Source: Carcharhinus longimanus (Eukaryota). From it: a stretch of DNA of 64,000 nt. The notes below the pieces were generated by a model. That model was not told the origin of the DNA and made no database searches. It saw only the letters and a program-made list of their open reading frames with translations. Below, piece by piece: positions 50,887 to 63,665 of the stretch. The position numbers and the translations under genes were made by a program. Location: the NCBI GenBank assembly GCA_030264375.1, contig JASCQW010000109.1, positions 32,586,819 through 32,650,818 of the forward strand. The letters run 5' to 3'. Each line of letters starts with the position of its first letter. Positions within the stretch are counted from its first letter, which is position 1.

Positions 50887-52236
50887 GGGCCTGATTTTAC
50901 CATTGAGTTACGCCCGTTTTTGGGTGCGAAAACTTGGTCGTGTTGGGCGTTAGGCGAGTAACACTATCCGTACCCGCCTCCACTCCGGTTCCCCCTTTAC
51001 CAAGGCCTGAAAATGGCTACGATCGGGACTACGTGCGTAATGGTTGAGACAGCCATTTAAATGCATTAAATTGATTTAATGGGCTGCACGCCCAACCTTA
51101 CTGGCACTTCCCTCTTTACCACCACGTTCGCCCATCCAGAGTCGACACAAAACAGAATGCTCCACAAAAGTCCGATTCAGGCGCTCCAGTTTGTGGGGAG
51201 ATAAGTGTTTCATCAGAAGTAACTCTTCAAATGCAGACAATGAAAATAGAACAAAACTTATTCCGACTGATGAAGCAAAGAATGGATTTAATAAAAAAAA
51301 AATTACTCCAAACCTGGGGCCTAACTTTGGGCCATTCCAAGCTTCCCATAAATCTGTGCAGATTCTTATTTATAGTGAGTTAGCTGTTCAACTGACTATT
51401 ACATCACTCTGTAATTTGTTCCATGGTTTATTGGGTCAGCTGACCCTTACATCTTGTTACCATTGGTCACACTACATCCAATTCAAAAGTTGTCACCAGT
51501 TACATTCTAACTGTAAGTGCCGAACATCCAATAGCTCTCTGCTTGAGATCAGTGGTGGTGGGGCGGGGGGGGGGGGAATCTGACAGCTGTCTGTGATCAG
51601 TGGGGGGAGAAAAGTTGGGTCCCATGGTTCTTGCTTGAGATTGGTGAGGGTGGGTGGGGGTGTCCATTGNNNNNNNNNNNNNNNNNNNNNNNNNNNNNNN
51701 NNNNNNNNNNNNNNNNNNNNNNNNNNNNNNNNNNNNNNNNNNNNNNNNNNNNNNNNNNNNNNNNNNNNNNNNNNNNNNCTGCCACACCACTGACATCAGT
51801 GAGGGAGAAGGAGTGTTCACTGCCACTCTGCCTGCGAACAGTGAGGGGAAAGGGGGGAAGAGCCAGCAATCAGCCTGAGTGCCAGAGGGGGTGTGGGGAT
51901 AGGGGAATCAGTAATTTTGTGGGGATGGGGCAATGTCTGTGGGGGCCAGGGGGAGGCATTATCCAGCCCAGGAGCGGTCCCGCAGGGCAGCTGCATTCTA
52001 TCTTTTTTTTTCTGCGTATGCGCAGTTGGAGGTGCCGATCAGAACTGCAGGATTTCAGGCACATTAAGCCGCGCCCACAGGCATGTGCAGTGCGATTCGG
52101 AATCACTGATATTTTTTCAGGCAGAGTGCACATGGGGGCATCTGAGAACGGGTCTACCTCATTTTTAAATCAGATCTGAAACATTTCTCGTTTCAAGTCC
52201 GCCCAGCACTTAAAATCAAATGGTAAAATAGGGCCC
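50887..52236. mobile_element. Non-autonomous PIF/Harbinger-type DNA transposon
   Basis: TIRs GGGCCTGATTTTACCATT / AATGGTAAAATAGGGCCC (16/18) with 3-bp TSD ACT at 50884-50886 and 52237-52239; CpG-rich subterminal regions. Confidence 0.8.
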
Positions 52237-52304
52237 ACTGTGTTCTGTGCTGACTATTTTTGCTGAAGGGTGTGGTTTTAGACCACACATTGGCATGTGA
52301 TTAT

Positions 52305-52615
52305 TATGGCTCAGTTGGTAGCATCTTACGTCTGAGTCAGAAGGTTGTGGGATCATATCCCAACTCAAAGACTTGGCATAAAAATCTAGGCTGACACTCA
52401 ATGGTGTGTTGGTGTGCCAAAGGAGATATCTTTTGGATGAATTCTTAAACCAGTGTCCAATCTTTGCTCTCAGGATCCCTTGGAACTACTGTCAAGAATA
52501 GGGATTTATCTTCTGTGCCTTTGCCAATATTTATCCCTCAAACAGCACTGCCAAAACTCAGTTTATCTGATCATTATCACATTGCTATCTGTGGGACTTC
52601 ACTGTATGAAAATTA
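52305..52615 (+). mobile_element. SacSINE1/Deu-SINE-like element
   Basis: tRNA head TGGCTCAGTTGGTAGCA..TCTGAGTCAGAAGGTTGTGGG, then Deu-like TCTTTTGGATGA..TTAAACC and GCCAATATTTATCCCTCAA..TCATTATCACATTGCT. Confidence 0.8.
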
Positions 52616-53447
52616 CACTATATCATGCAAGACTTTTTTTCCTTCTCAGGCAAATGCCTGGAGCATCTGAAAATCATTCGCTGTCAACCTGACCTTCAAA
52701 GCATTTCAGGTGTTGTTGGAGTGTTAAGGACCAATTTTAAGCTGTTAATCTCCCTGTTAATCATTGCATGCCAAATCATAGCTTTGTGTTATATTTGATC
52801 ACAATAATCTCTCTGCCAAAATGTTCTGCACTTTTATAGCCCAGCACCTAGTCTTGGAGCAATGCAAATCAGGGATTGTAACAATAAAACCACATTGTCA
52901 TATGAAATGTTTATTGGAATCTTCCTCCATGGTAAATTCCTTTGACATGCTAAAAAGGTGGATTGATGTCTACTGTACTGAAAAGAGGTCAAGTGCGCTG
53001 ATTTATTATACACATTTCAGTGAATAGTGACATTCTCAATGAATTTCAACTTATTGTATATTCAACTCTGTAACCAAAAATAACAAAGTATACTTCCTGG
53101 TTAGCGAACTAAATGTATTATTTGACTTGACCGTCTCCCTGAATCCAGTTGGCAAAATACGTGTTCAGCTGGGTCCATCTGGAAACCCCACTAACATATA
53201 CTGTGATTTGTCAGTCGAATTTGTCTCTTCCACACATGAATAGCTCGTTCATTATTTCCAAGCCAGGCTCATACCTTGCACTCCTTTGAGCAGCTAAACA
53301 ATTTTTTTCCAGCAGGCAAACTGGGTGCTAGATATGAATCAAACAATCAATCCCTAAAAGTCTGCATATTTCTTCATTTCAGAGGCAAAAATAAACATTT
53401 CTTCTGAGCTAAAGAGTTGAAAATTCTGAAATGCAACAATGGCATAG

Positions 53448-53525
53448 AACAGAAAGTGAAATACTGTGGATGCTGGAATGTGAAAGAAAAATAGAAAATG
53501 CTGGGAAGACTCAGCAGGTGGCATA
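53448..53525. mobile_element. Fragment of the second Penelope-derived family
   Basis: AAATACTGTGGATGCTGGAA..AGAAAATGCTGG..CTCAGCAGGT matches the left arm at about 16037-16100. Confidence 0.55.
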
Positions 53526-53984
53526 GAACTGCTTGTTACAGAAGATTGCATCTGTTAAATCACCATGAGCAATGCCCCTGCCAGTCATCACCAGGTCCCT
53601 CCAAACCTATCATTCTCTCTGTCTCAGCACCTGGGCACCAAGGAAACTCAACAATTTAAAATGCAATTTCTCAATTTTCATGCACCATTTAACTTCTAAC
53701 TACTCTGCAAACTCACATAGCTTATCTTAAGAATTGTGCTTTGGGTAATTGGGAATTTTTGCACTTTTTGATGGATGCTGTCCATAAAGTAAACACAGTT
53801 TGTGCATTTCAGTTCTGACTTCATTTCCATCTGTTTTCCGTCTATGTGGGCTGAGATGATAACAAAGGAAATAGAGACATTTGAAAAAAAATGACAAGTC
53901 TTCAAAAGTGTTGGATTTTGTGAAGGTATAGATGAAAAGTTGTGAGAAGAAAAACAAGTGTGAGGTGACTTTATTTGCTTCAGT

Positions 53985-54330
53985 TCATAGAATCCTAGAT
54001 CATAGAGTCCTCACAGTGCAGAAGGCCAATCAGCCCATCAAGTCTGCACCAACTCTCTCACCCTTTTCCCCAACCCGATCCCCGTAACCCCACACATTTT
54101 GTGGCTAATTCATCTAACCTACACATCCTGGGACTCTAAGGGGCAATTTAGCAAGGGCAATCCAGCTAACCTGTACATCTTTGCATTGTGGGAGAAAACT
54201 GGAGCACCCAGAGGAAACCCATGCAGTCACGGGAAGAATGTGCAAACTTCACACAGACAGTGACCCAAGGCCAGAATTGAACGCAGATCCCTGGAGCTGT
54301 GAGGCAGCAGTGGCAACCACTGTGCCACCA
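53985..54330 (-). mobile_element. HE1/V-SINE, full length
   Basis: Colinear with the other copies. Confidence 0.9.
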
Positions 54331-56020
54331 TGGTGCCCAATGCCACCATTCTTCCTTAAATGTGCTGACTTCTTTGGCTGTGATCGGCCTGTTCTGCATC
54401 CTTTTCATTTTGTATATTGCCATCATGCAGAGAGGGAAAGAGAAATCCATCCAGAAGCCCTCTTCTCAATATCTTCATTTAACGCCTACAACATTTTGTG
54501 CATGCAGTAATGATTCTTCAGATTATCACTGATTTGTGTTATGGAACTCCACCAGATTTTTGCAGGCACTTAAAGTAAGATTTCAGAGCATTTGTAATCT
54601 GCCATGTCACACATCTTATTTGTTTTCCTCTTCTGCCAATTGAAACAGTTGACATCTTTCCCTAGGGAGAAGACTAGCCCTCTGAGACACTGATAGGAAA
54701 GCATCTTGGTTCAAAATCTGGAGGCTTTATATGAGTGTTATCCCAATGAGATCACTTCTGTGATCCCTGATTCTGATATTCAAGTCAGCTTTTTCATCCT
54801 CTGTCTCCTTTTTATAGCAGAAGAATAGAAGGTTTTATTTTGGGAAATCCACATCCAGTAGTAGTTGAGCAGACCAAGCAGCAAAAGATGTGATTGAACC
54901 TTTATATGTATTGTTAAACAGGTCATCATGCAGACAAAGTAACATCAACCTTCAGTCGTAACTCAAAGAATGTCCTTCACAAGGCGAAGTCTGTGTTAGA
55001 GAACCTTGCTGAAATTCCGACTGCCATTTATTTAATAATCCAAATCATTTGAGATAGGTTTGAAGGTGGAAATTTGGGAAAAATGGGTTGACAGTATTAG
55101 CCATGTCCTCTTGACCCCATTTTCATGTAGCGGATCGGGAGCCCATCAAGGGTAATGAATCTACTCTAATTTACAGCTAACTCAAAGGTAGGAAGTAAAT
55201 CAGAGGAGAACCTGCTCTTATCTGCCAGATCCTTGGCTGGCAATGCATAAATCTTTGCTGATGGTACATTGATCAGTCTCAGGTTGTGTTAGATTGTTTG
55301 ATTGAAGGAACTTTCCACATTCTCACTCCTGAGCTGAAGCCAACATCTAAATTGAAAACCAAAGTATTCATCCCAGTTCACCTGTTTGGCCACTGCATGA
55401 AATAACAGACAGGCAAGGAATGAGTTATGGATGTCTGTGATATCCTTTGTTAAAATCAGATTTATGCATACACAGATGAAACTCAGAATCACATCCAGAA
55501 TTGTAAATTATATTCGCCATCTATTATTCTGGAGGTATCATCCAAGCTTGAAAAATATGCATTTTTACCAAGTGTTTTCACCTTATTAAAAATTGATATT
55601 GACTTTGCAGTGCCTAATTTTAAATTACAATTCTATGAAAATATAATATAATTGCTGCCTAGGAACATACTGAACTCTAAACTCAATAATTTATTTATAT
55701 TCTAATAATTTGTTTACCTGCCAGTACTCGACTTGTCCGCAATCCATCCTGTTCATTACAAATTTGTAAAACGTGTTCTCCCTGATAAATACTAATGAAC
55801 ATCGACATTGAATGCTGCTATCTTTGACTGGCATGTGGTATAAAATGCAAATACCTTGAATCCACTCCAATACTGAATGCATGTACTTAATAGGATTCTT
55901 TCTGTCAACTGTACTTGAATATGTTATTCATAAAAGCCCACCTTCACAACCTACCCCTCACCGGAGCTGTGGTGATTCTCAGGTTAAAATCACCACCAGT
56001 CAGCTCTCCCCCTCAAAAGG

Positions 56021-57200
56021 ACAGTAAGTAGTCTCACAACACCAGGTTAAAGTCCAACTGGTTTATTTGGTAGAACGAGCTTTTGGAGCGTTGCCCTTTC
56101 ATTGGCTGGGTGAAGCATTCGGTTCACAAACAAGGCATAGATAGACACAAACTCAATTACAAGATAATGGTTGGAATGTGAGTCTTAACAGGTAATCAAG
56201 TCTTTACAGGTACAGGCAATGTGAGTGGAGAGAGGGTTAAGCCCAGGTTAAAGAGATGTATATTGTCTCCAGCCAGGACAGTTAGTGAGATTTTGCAAGC
56301 CCAGGCAAGTCGTGGGGGTTACAGATAGTGTGACACGAACCCAAGATCCCGTTGAGTTTGTCCTCATGTGTGCGGAACTTAGCTATCAGTCTTTGCTCAG
56401 CGATTCTACGTTGTCAAGTGTTGTGAAGGCCGTCTTGGAGAACACTTACCCAAAGATCAGAGGCTGAATGCCCGTGACTGCTGAAGTGTTCCCCGACAGG
56501 AAGAGAACACTCCTGCCTGGTGATTATCGAGCAGTGTTCATTCATCCATTGTCATAGCGTCCGCATGGTCTTCCCAATGTACCATGCCTCGGGACATGCT
56601 TTCCTGCAATGTACCAAGTAGACAATGTTGGCTGAATTGCAAGAGTATGTACCATTTACCTGGTGGTTGGTTTTCTCACGTGGGATGATGGCATCTATAT
56701 CAATGATCCGGCATGTCTTGCAGAGGCTGCTGCCGCAGGATTGTGTGGTGTTGTGGTCACTGTTCTCCTGAAGGCTGAGTAGTTTGCTGTGGACAATGGT
56801 CTCTTTGAGATTGTGTAGTTGTTTGAAGGCAAGAAGTAGGGATATGTGGATGGCCTTGGTGAGATGTTCGTCTTCAGTGATGAATTGTTGAAGGCTCCGG
56901 AAAAGATGTTGTAGCTTCTCCATTCTGGGGAAATATTGGATAACGAAGGGTAGTCTGTCCATTGTCCTGTGTTTGTCTTCTGAAGAGGTCGATGCAGTTT
57001 TTCGCTGTAGTGCATCAGGAACTGTCAATCGATGAGTCGAGTGTCATATCCCGTTCTTATGAGGGCATCTTTCAGTGTGTGGAGGTGTCTGTTATGATCT
57101 GAGCAGATCGGAGGTCTTGTCCGTAGGGGTTGGCTTTTTTGACGTGTTTAGGGTGGAAGCTGGAGAAGTGGAGCATCGTGAGGTTATCCGTGGGTTATCC
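56021..57200 (-). mobile_element. 5'-truncated Penelope-like retroelement (RT thumb, linker, GIY-YIG endonuclease, 3' repeat)
   Basis: PTDNLTMLHFSSFHPKHVK at about 57135-57195. ORF 56552-57028 has the CxxxxCKTC linker and CNSANIVYLVHC..CPEAWYIGKT (GIY-YIG). Terminal repeat with decayed hammerhead at 56021-56105. Confidence 0.9.
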
Positions 57201-57224
57201 ACGGTCTGACAGGTAAGAGGTCTT

Positions 57225-57805
57225 CAGTGACAAGGGCACAGATTAATCTGACCATCTACCTGAAGACTTGCAGTCCTCTGCAGCACTGGCTCTTAGTCAT
57301 CGCAGGAAGCTCCGACTTTGGTAAATCTGATACTGAGTGTATGTCCTTCCTACTCTTCGTCCCTCTCAACTGCCCTCGTTTCTATGGAGGGTGTTGCTTC
57401 TCATCACCACAGGATCCAAAATCTGAGATTCATTCTGTATAACAGCTGTAGACTTCCTTGTGAACAGGTAACCACTCAATTGCCATTTACAATCCCGTGA
57501 TGCCAATATACTTCTCGTTTGCTTAATGCCCATTCTCCTCAACATTTATGCAATGACTTACGCAATGACAAGGGCACCTGTTTGTCAAAGGCCAATTCTT
57601 TGCCTGCATCATTCACCCTTTAATGAGGCTGAGATAATTCCCTGGGGCAACGATAATCTGCCTACTTTCACCTTCTGTGCCACAGACAGTCTACGTGCCC
57701 TTGCAAAAATCCCAGAATGTCTGGAATAGTGTGGGGAACCAACAAAGCCATTTGGCCCCATCTGCCTCTGTTCCCATACATTGCGGGAGCCGAGAATTCA
57801 GCCCA
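57225..57805 (-). pseudogene. Old Harbinger remnant (transposase N-terminus and possible terminus)
   Basis: Minus strand reads RRTYTQYQIYQSRSFL..(frameshift)MTKSQCCRGLQVFR*MVRLICA, resembling the RVYR..S.L.MSE.QC.RRLR.SR..V..IC start of vertebrate Harbinger transposases; TIR-like GAGAATTCAGCCC near 57803. Confidence 0.45.
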
Positions 57806-59249
57806 AATCTGCTTGTTATCGGGGTTAAGATACCCCCCCCCTTCCAGGTTCATGTATTGGCCCTCTCCCCATCGCCCCTCTTCAATGACCAAATACCACT
57901 CCCCAGCCTCGCCAACACACACCGTCAATACTCCCCATAACGGCTGCAGGTTTACTGACAGCCTCTGAAGTTTCCATGTCTGACTGGAAGACACGTCTGT
58001 TAAATCAGGCTGACCGCGAGTTGCTGAATCTCTCAAAAGCCAGGTCTGGGAAATTCAATGGCGTACGTGGAAACTAAGAGTTCTGGATTTCCTGCCTGAA
58101 ACCCCACATTTGCTTCAATGTTAATAAAGCTTGGTTCATTGTAAAATATATAAGACAGGCAGAAAATAAATCTGTGCCCAAGCACTATGTGTGTATCATG
58201 TTTGTTAACCTGTACCGGCAGGTTATTTTACTGAAGCTCCTCAACAAATAGACTTGGTAGAGTTAACTTGATAAGGCTGCCAGTGAAATTTGTAGTTCTA
58301 AATAAGTTGTGATTGAGTTTTATGTTCGCACCAATCACATTTCAAGTCTGACTCTTTCATTCTGATAACTTTTCTTTTCAAGTTGTTTTTTGAAATTCTC
58401 CCTGTTGAATTAACTTTCTAATCTTCCTGGCTCAAATTATTCATGAGTTCCTTTGAGAAAACTATTCTCTTGATGCTTCTGTTGAAATGAAATAGCTACA
58501 GATTGAAGTTTGGCATACGTTTCCACAGGGTTACCCACGTGCCTGACCTTTGGATTTCAAATGGCACTCCCACACCACCTTATCCTAAACCATATGACTG
58601 AGTGACCACAGCTTTGGCCACTCTACTGCATTGTCCTAAGCTTCACTCCATGGCTTGCTCTCAACTTGGTCCGGGGGTGAATCCCTTGTCAATACATCAA
58701 TACACATCTCAGCACACAGCTAAGGATGAGGAATATCTGCCTTGAGCAGTATGCCTTTGCCAACTGTCTAATATTTGCTTTTCCAGGCAGCCAGTGGTGC
58801 AGGCACACCATGGCAGTGGGCGATTTTGGAAATCTGTGTTCCAAGGTTTAACTGCCAAGCAACAATCAGTGGCATCACACAGTTAAGTGGTGCTAAATTG
58901 GACATCATTGTGTGAGTAGTTAGACTCTAAAGATGTCAACTGAGATACAGCTGAATGGGCTCAGTTGGAAGGGTAATGATCACTTTCATGTCTTTCCATT
59001 AGCCTTACCCTTGTCAACATCCTACCTCCAGAAGGCCATCCTCTCGCCAGATTTCAGTAGAATTGTCAGTCCATAATGACTGCCCACTCACTGCGCTGCC
59101 CTAGGCATCACTTCTCTCTGTAAGGCCCTTCCAAGAAGCCCATAACCTANNNNNNNNNNNNNNNNNNNNNNNNNNNNNNNNNNNNNNNNNNNNNNNNNNN
59201 NNNNNNNNNNNNNNNNNNNNNNNNNNNNNNNNNNNNNNNNNNNNNNNNN

Positions 59250-59528
59250 ATAAATGTGAATTGTTCCCAGCCAGGACAGTTAGTGAGATTTTGCAAGCCC
59301 AGGTAAGTTGTGGGGGTTACAAATATTGTGACATGAACCCAAGATCCTGGTTGAGGTCGTCCTCATGTGTTGCCCTGTTTGTGAACCGAACTCTTCACTC
59401 ACTTGATGAAAGGGCAACATTCTGAAAGCTTGTGCTACCAAATAAACCTATTGGACTTTAACCTGGAGTTGTGAGACTATTTACTGTGCCTACTTCAGTC
59501 CAACACTGGCAACTGCACATCATGACTA
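59250..59528. mobile_element. Penelope-like segment with direct and inverted parts
   Basis: 59250-59370 repeats about 56250-56370 directly. 59371-59487 is the reverse complement of 56021-56138 and continues into the long terminus ..CATCATGACTA. Confidence 0.85.
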
Positions 59529-59793
59529 TCCCCTCAAAGGGGAGAGCAGCCTACGGTCATCTGGAACAATGGCAATTTTCCCTTTTCCACCGTTTATGAA
59601 TTAATAAAAACATCCACAACAAATCACATTTCCACATGTCACACCCACTTCACTATCTTTACAGCATTTTATCAATGTTAGATTTGTCAAAGAGAGTATC
59701 TGTGTGCTTAAACTAAGCATAATAAATGCCTGTAGAATCTAACTCTGAGGAAGAAATGACGTCAGTTGAACACTTAACTACTCGCAGGCTCCC

Positions 59794-59920
59794 AGGGTCA
59801 GAGTTTTCTGCCTTTGGGGCGGGATCCACCGCAGGAGATTCTGTGACCCAGTCAAAGGCCCATTGACTTTCAATGGGATCGGGTGGTCCCGGTGGTGGAT
59901 GGAGCTGAAACATCCTCCCC
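59794..59920. mobile_element. MITE-like element
   Basis: Termini GGGTCAGAGTTTTC / GAAACATCCTCCCC and an internal CCCATTGACTTTCAATGGG palindrome. Confidence 0.5.
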
Positions 59921-62164
59921 TAAACGTTTTCATTAATGTTTTAAACAAATACATATGTGTAACATAATATGTATGTTACTTCCAATAACAAAAGTATAAC
60001 TCATCAAAGAACTCAACAACCCAATTCAAGTCAATGTAATCAATCCTTGCTGCCTTAGTGGGTGATGGTGTGCATGGTGTAACACAAAACCAAACAAACA
60101 AAAAGTCCTACATTCAATTTCTGTTCAGCTAGCTGAGCATTACCAGGGCAAGAGCTGAGATGCTACAATTAATCTTGGATGAGGAAGGGGCAAAAAACAA
60201 CCAAGGTGCGACTCGTGGTTTCAATTAAGTGACTCCAGTGTGAATTTTACGAGTATGGATCTGATGTGATGTACTCCATAATTCCACATTCTGTTCTTAC
60301 TGACTCCAGACTGACATGTGAAGAATGACCATTTGGTCAAACAACCAAATGGTTGAACTGGATTTTACCAGCCGTCTGGAGACAGGAAGCCCCATAAAAT
60401 GGCAGCGAAAGGTGACAGGAGGGAGCAATTATCATTGGCATGAAGCTCAGTCAATAAAGTGGGCGTTGAGCAGGTTAACAGTTTCCTGCTGGGGAGGGCC
60501 CTCCTTTATGAATGGCTCATGGAAGTCATCCAATAGTTGCCTTAACAGATACACGCTGCTGCTGGAAGGTGGACCTCTGTGTTCACTGAAGCCTGTCTGC
60601 CTAGCTCTAGCACAGTAACTAAAATAACTTGCCTTGCCTTGAGGATGCCTCCATGCGAGGTACCCTCTTCTTCTTCCTACAGCCTTAGCAGTGGTGCTGT
60701 CAAACTGTTAGACATCTAGTTGGTAGGTGAGCTGCCATTGTCAGCTGGACAGTGGGCCTCTTAAATGGCCTCTGCCAATAAAACGCCAGCCCATGCAGTG
60801 TGGGATCCAGCATTTGGTCCTGCTAGCTGATAACTTTCCCATTGAGAACACTCTGGCCTTTGTTACCATCTATGGAACCAGACTGGAACAACAGTCAGTG
60901 CACTCAGGAGATGAGGGAAAATTAATTATCCAGCATAAAATAGGCATATTTTGAAACAGAGGCTTGTATTCTCATTTACATAGAATGGGCAGTAATCTAG
61001 TACAACAGATCATCCACTCTCAAAGCCACATTGATGGTTACTTCAAATCAACCAAATGATGAAAGCTACAGATGTGAAAGAGTAACTAACCTGTATAAAT
61101 TTTATTATTCTTGTTTCTAACTCAATTACATCACCTCCACAAAGAATATTAAATTCTGAGTTTTTTTATTGTCAGTTTAGAATTCTTGATTTTGGCATTT
61201 TTGAGCTTGTCAAGATAAAAATGGAACTTTTAACCTCTAGGCACTCAAGGTGGCGATTGAATTCCAACAGCTTAGCTATCTTTACGTGGGCCAGATGTAG
61301 AGTAACAAGCCTTCCATTCTACTCCGCCACATCTGTGTTATATACAGTGGAGCAAAATTATCCTGTCCGTCATCAAGAAATAGTTAGCTAAATGTCGGTT
61401 AGTACAAAATAACAGGAAATTTAGTGTTGTGAACTTGTATCCATTAGCAATTTCATGGAGACAACCCAACCCAGTCAGGGAGGCGGTTGTCCTTCATACA
61501 GACTGAAATTGATTTGAGATCCCTGATGTAAACAGACAATGTGCATTTTGATCCATGAGTCCCAACTTAGGTGAAAATTGTGTTTTAACTTAATATAATG
61601 AAATGTCTTTCTAGATAAAGTTTGTGTCGTTTGCCCAGTGCAAATGTTCAATCCTTGTGACTGAAGAACTTGGACTGGGAATGGGAGAATCCAGTTAGCA
61701 GGGTCCAAGTAGGAACAAGTGTTGAACTAGGAGTGAGGTTCTACTGAGAGAGTTTGCAGAGCTATTGTCAAAATTAAAAATACAGAACCTCTCCGGTAAT
61801 AATCCCCGGATGATTACCTGAACCAAGTACAAATCTACATAGGGATGACAGATTGGGAGGATAAAAAGCTGAAAGAATTGCTGCCAAGTTATGTTATTTG
61901 TTGTAATTCATGCGGCATTGGTGCCAGTTCTTGAGAAAGAGGGAATTAATCCGCTGGGTTGTCCTGATTGAATGATTAAAATGGTAAATGGGTTTGTGGT
62001 GGCAGAATTAAGGAATGCATAAAACCAAAGGCAGTAAGAGAAATGACAAGCATAATAGATATTTGGTAAAAAATAAGAATGTGCAGGAAGGGAAAGAAAG
62101 TTCATTGAAGGTAACAGAGCAACAGTAGCTAAGATGATATCGGAGAAAGGTTAAAAAAAAAGCT

Positions 62165-62465
62165 ATTGCCGAAGGTGTTCTACCTAAATGCATGAAGCAT
62201 CCACAACAAAATAGACACTCACTTGATGAAAAGCAGCACTACGAAATCTTGTGATTCCAAATAAACCTGTTGGACTTTAACCTGGTGTTGTGAGACTTCT
62301 TACTGTGCCCACCCCAGTCCAACATCACAACATCACAACAAAATAAATTAATTAATTGCACGGATATAAATAAATTGATTGGATCCAACAAGTATGGTAG
62401 AGATGTGGGAATAGAGTGTCCATGTTTGGGAACTAAACGTTGCAGGATATTTGACTTTTCAAAAA
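62165..62465 (+). mobile_element. CR1 ORF2 endonuclease N-terminal remnant, split by a Penelope insertion
   Basis: KVFYLNA*SIHNKI | NKIN*LIARI*IN..D...MVEMW fits the LNARSIRNK..EL.A.I....D.I...ETW pattern. Confidence 0.6.
62214..62333 (+). mobile_element. Solo Penelope terminal unit with decayed hammerhead and 12-bp TSD
   Basis: CACTCACTTGATGA..CGAAATCTTGTG..AATAAACCTGTTGGACTTTAACCTGGTGTTGTGAGACTTCTTACTGT; CACAACAAAATA at 62202-62213 and 62334-62345. Confidence 0.85.
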
Positions 62466-62519
62466 ATTATATCAGTAAAATCAATTTATAAAAAGAATAT
62501 TGGCAATCCCCATGACCAC

Positions 62520-63435
62520 CTAAGATAAAATAATCTGAGCTTTTAATACTTCAGATGTCCTATTTCCATGCAAAGTAATGCTATCCACCTTCAAGAATGC
62601 TCCCAACACCTTTAAAGATTAATAAATCAGATACTGGCTTAAGTAACTGTATTGTGTACACTGATGACTTGCTAGTCTGCAGCAATACCTGGAAAAAACC
62701 ACCAAATCCATTTAAGGGCACTATTCCAAAGTTTACAAAACACTAAGCTCGTAGTAAATCTTGCCAAAAGCAAGTTCACTAAAGCCAAGTTGACCTACTT
62801 GGAACATGTTATATGTAGGTCAAAATAGAGTGCTGCCAAGGGCCACCAAAGTAAAAACACTGATGGATTTCTCCATTTCAAAGAGAGATAATGCAATTCC
62901 TGGAGGTAAGTGGATTTTATAGAAAATTGTGTCCTAATTTCAGCACCCTAGTTGCACTGTTGATTGACATGCTGAAGAAAAATGTCAAGACAGTGCGATC
63001 AGACCAGATAACTTTTAAAAAATTGAAGGCTTTTCTAACAAATGAACCAGTGCTAGCAGCTCCAGACTTTAACTAACCATTAAAGGTGGCTGCTAACGTA
63101 AGTGAAATGGGGGCAAGGACCCAGGAGGCTGATTCAGGTATTGAGACAAGTTGACTGTTTTCTAATAAGTTCGGGAAGCACCATTGGAAATATTCCACCA
63201 TAAAAAGAAAGGCTTACAGTTGTTTGCCCCACAACATTTTGAGGTTGATGTCACTAATGGACATAGGGAAATGTTAATGTACACTGACCACATTCCACTA
63301 ACTTTCTTACAGAAATTTAAACAATGCAAGGTTATTCAGGCAGCACCTAATGCTTCAGCCAGTCAACTTGAAAATCAAGCACAGTGTGGGGAAAAAAGTA
63401 ATGTAATTGCAAATGCACTGTCCAGGACTTAAACA
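62520..63435 (+). mobile_element. Decayed Ty3/Gypsy pol (RT-RNase H)
   Basis: KVM...FKNAPNTF, VYTDDLLV, LVVNLAKSKF..LTYLEHV, QFLEVSGFYRKLCPNFS, PVLAAPDF, YTDHIPLTFL, NVIANALSR, with stops and frameshifts. Confidence 0.88.
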
Positions 63436-63665
63436 AGTGAAGCTGTGGAAGTCTCAATGACAGTAACCCTGATGAATGCATGTTAATGAATGTGTATAGA
63501 TTTCTGCTATTGAATGTTTTATTTCTATTTCCTTCTGTGCTGTAACAAAAAAAAATGAAATGTCATGGTATTTCATCTTTTTCCATTTTGTGTGGAGGTG
63601 TTATGCTCATGCAGTATTGGCTCACAGATTTAGAGATTATGAGCATTTTAGCAATAATACCACTC

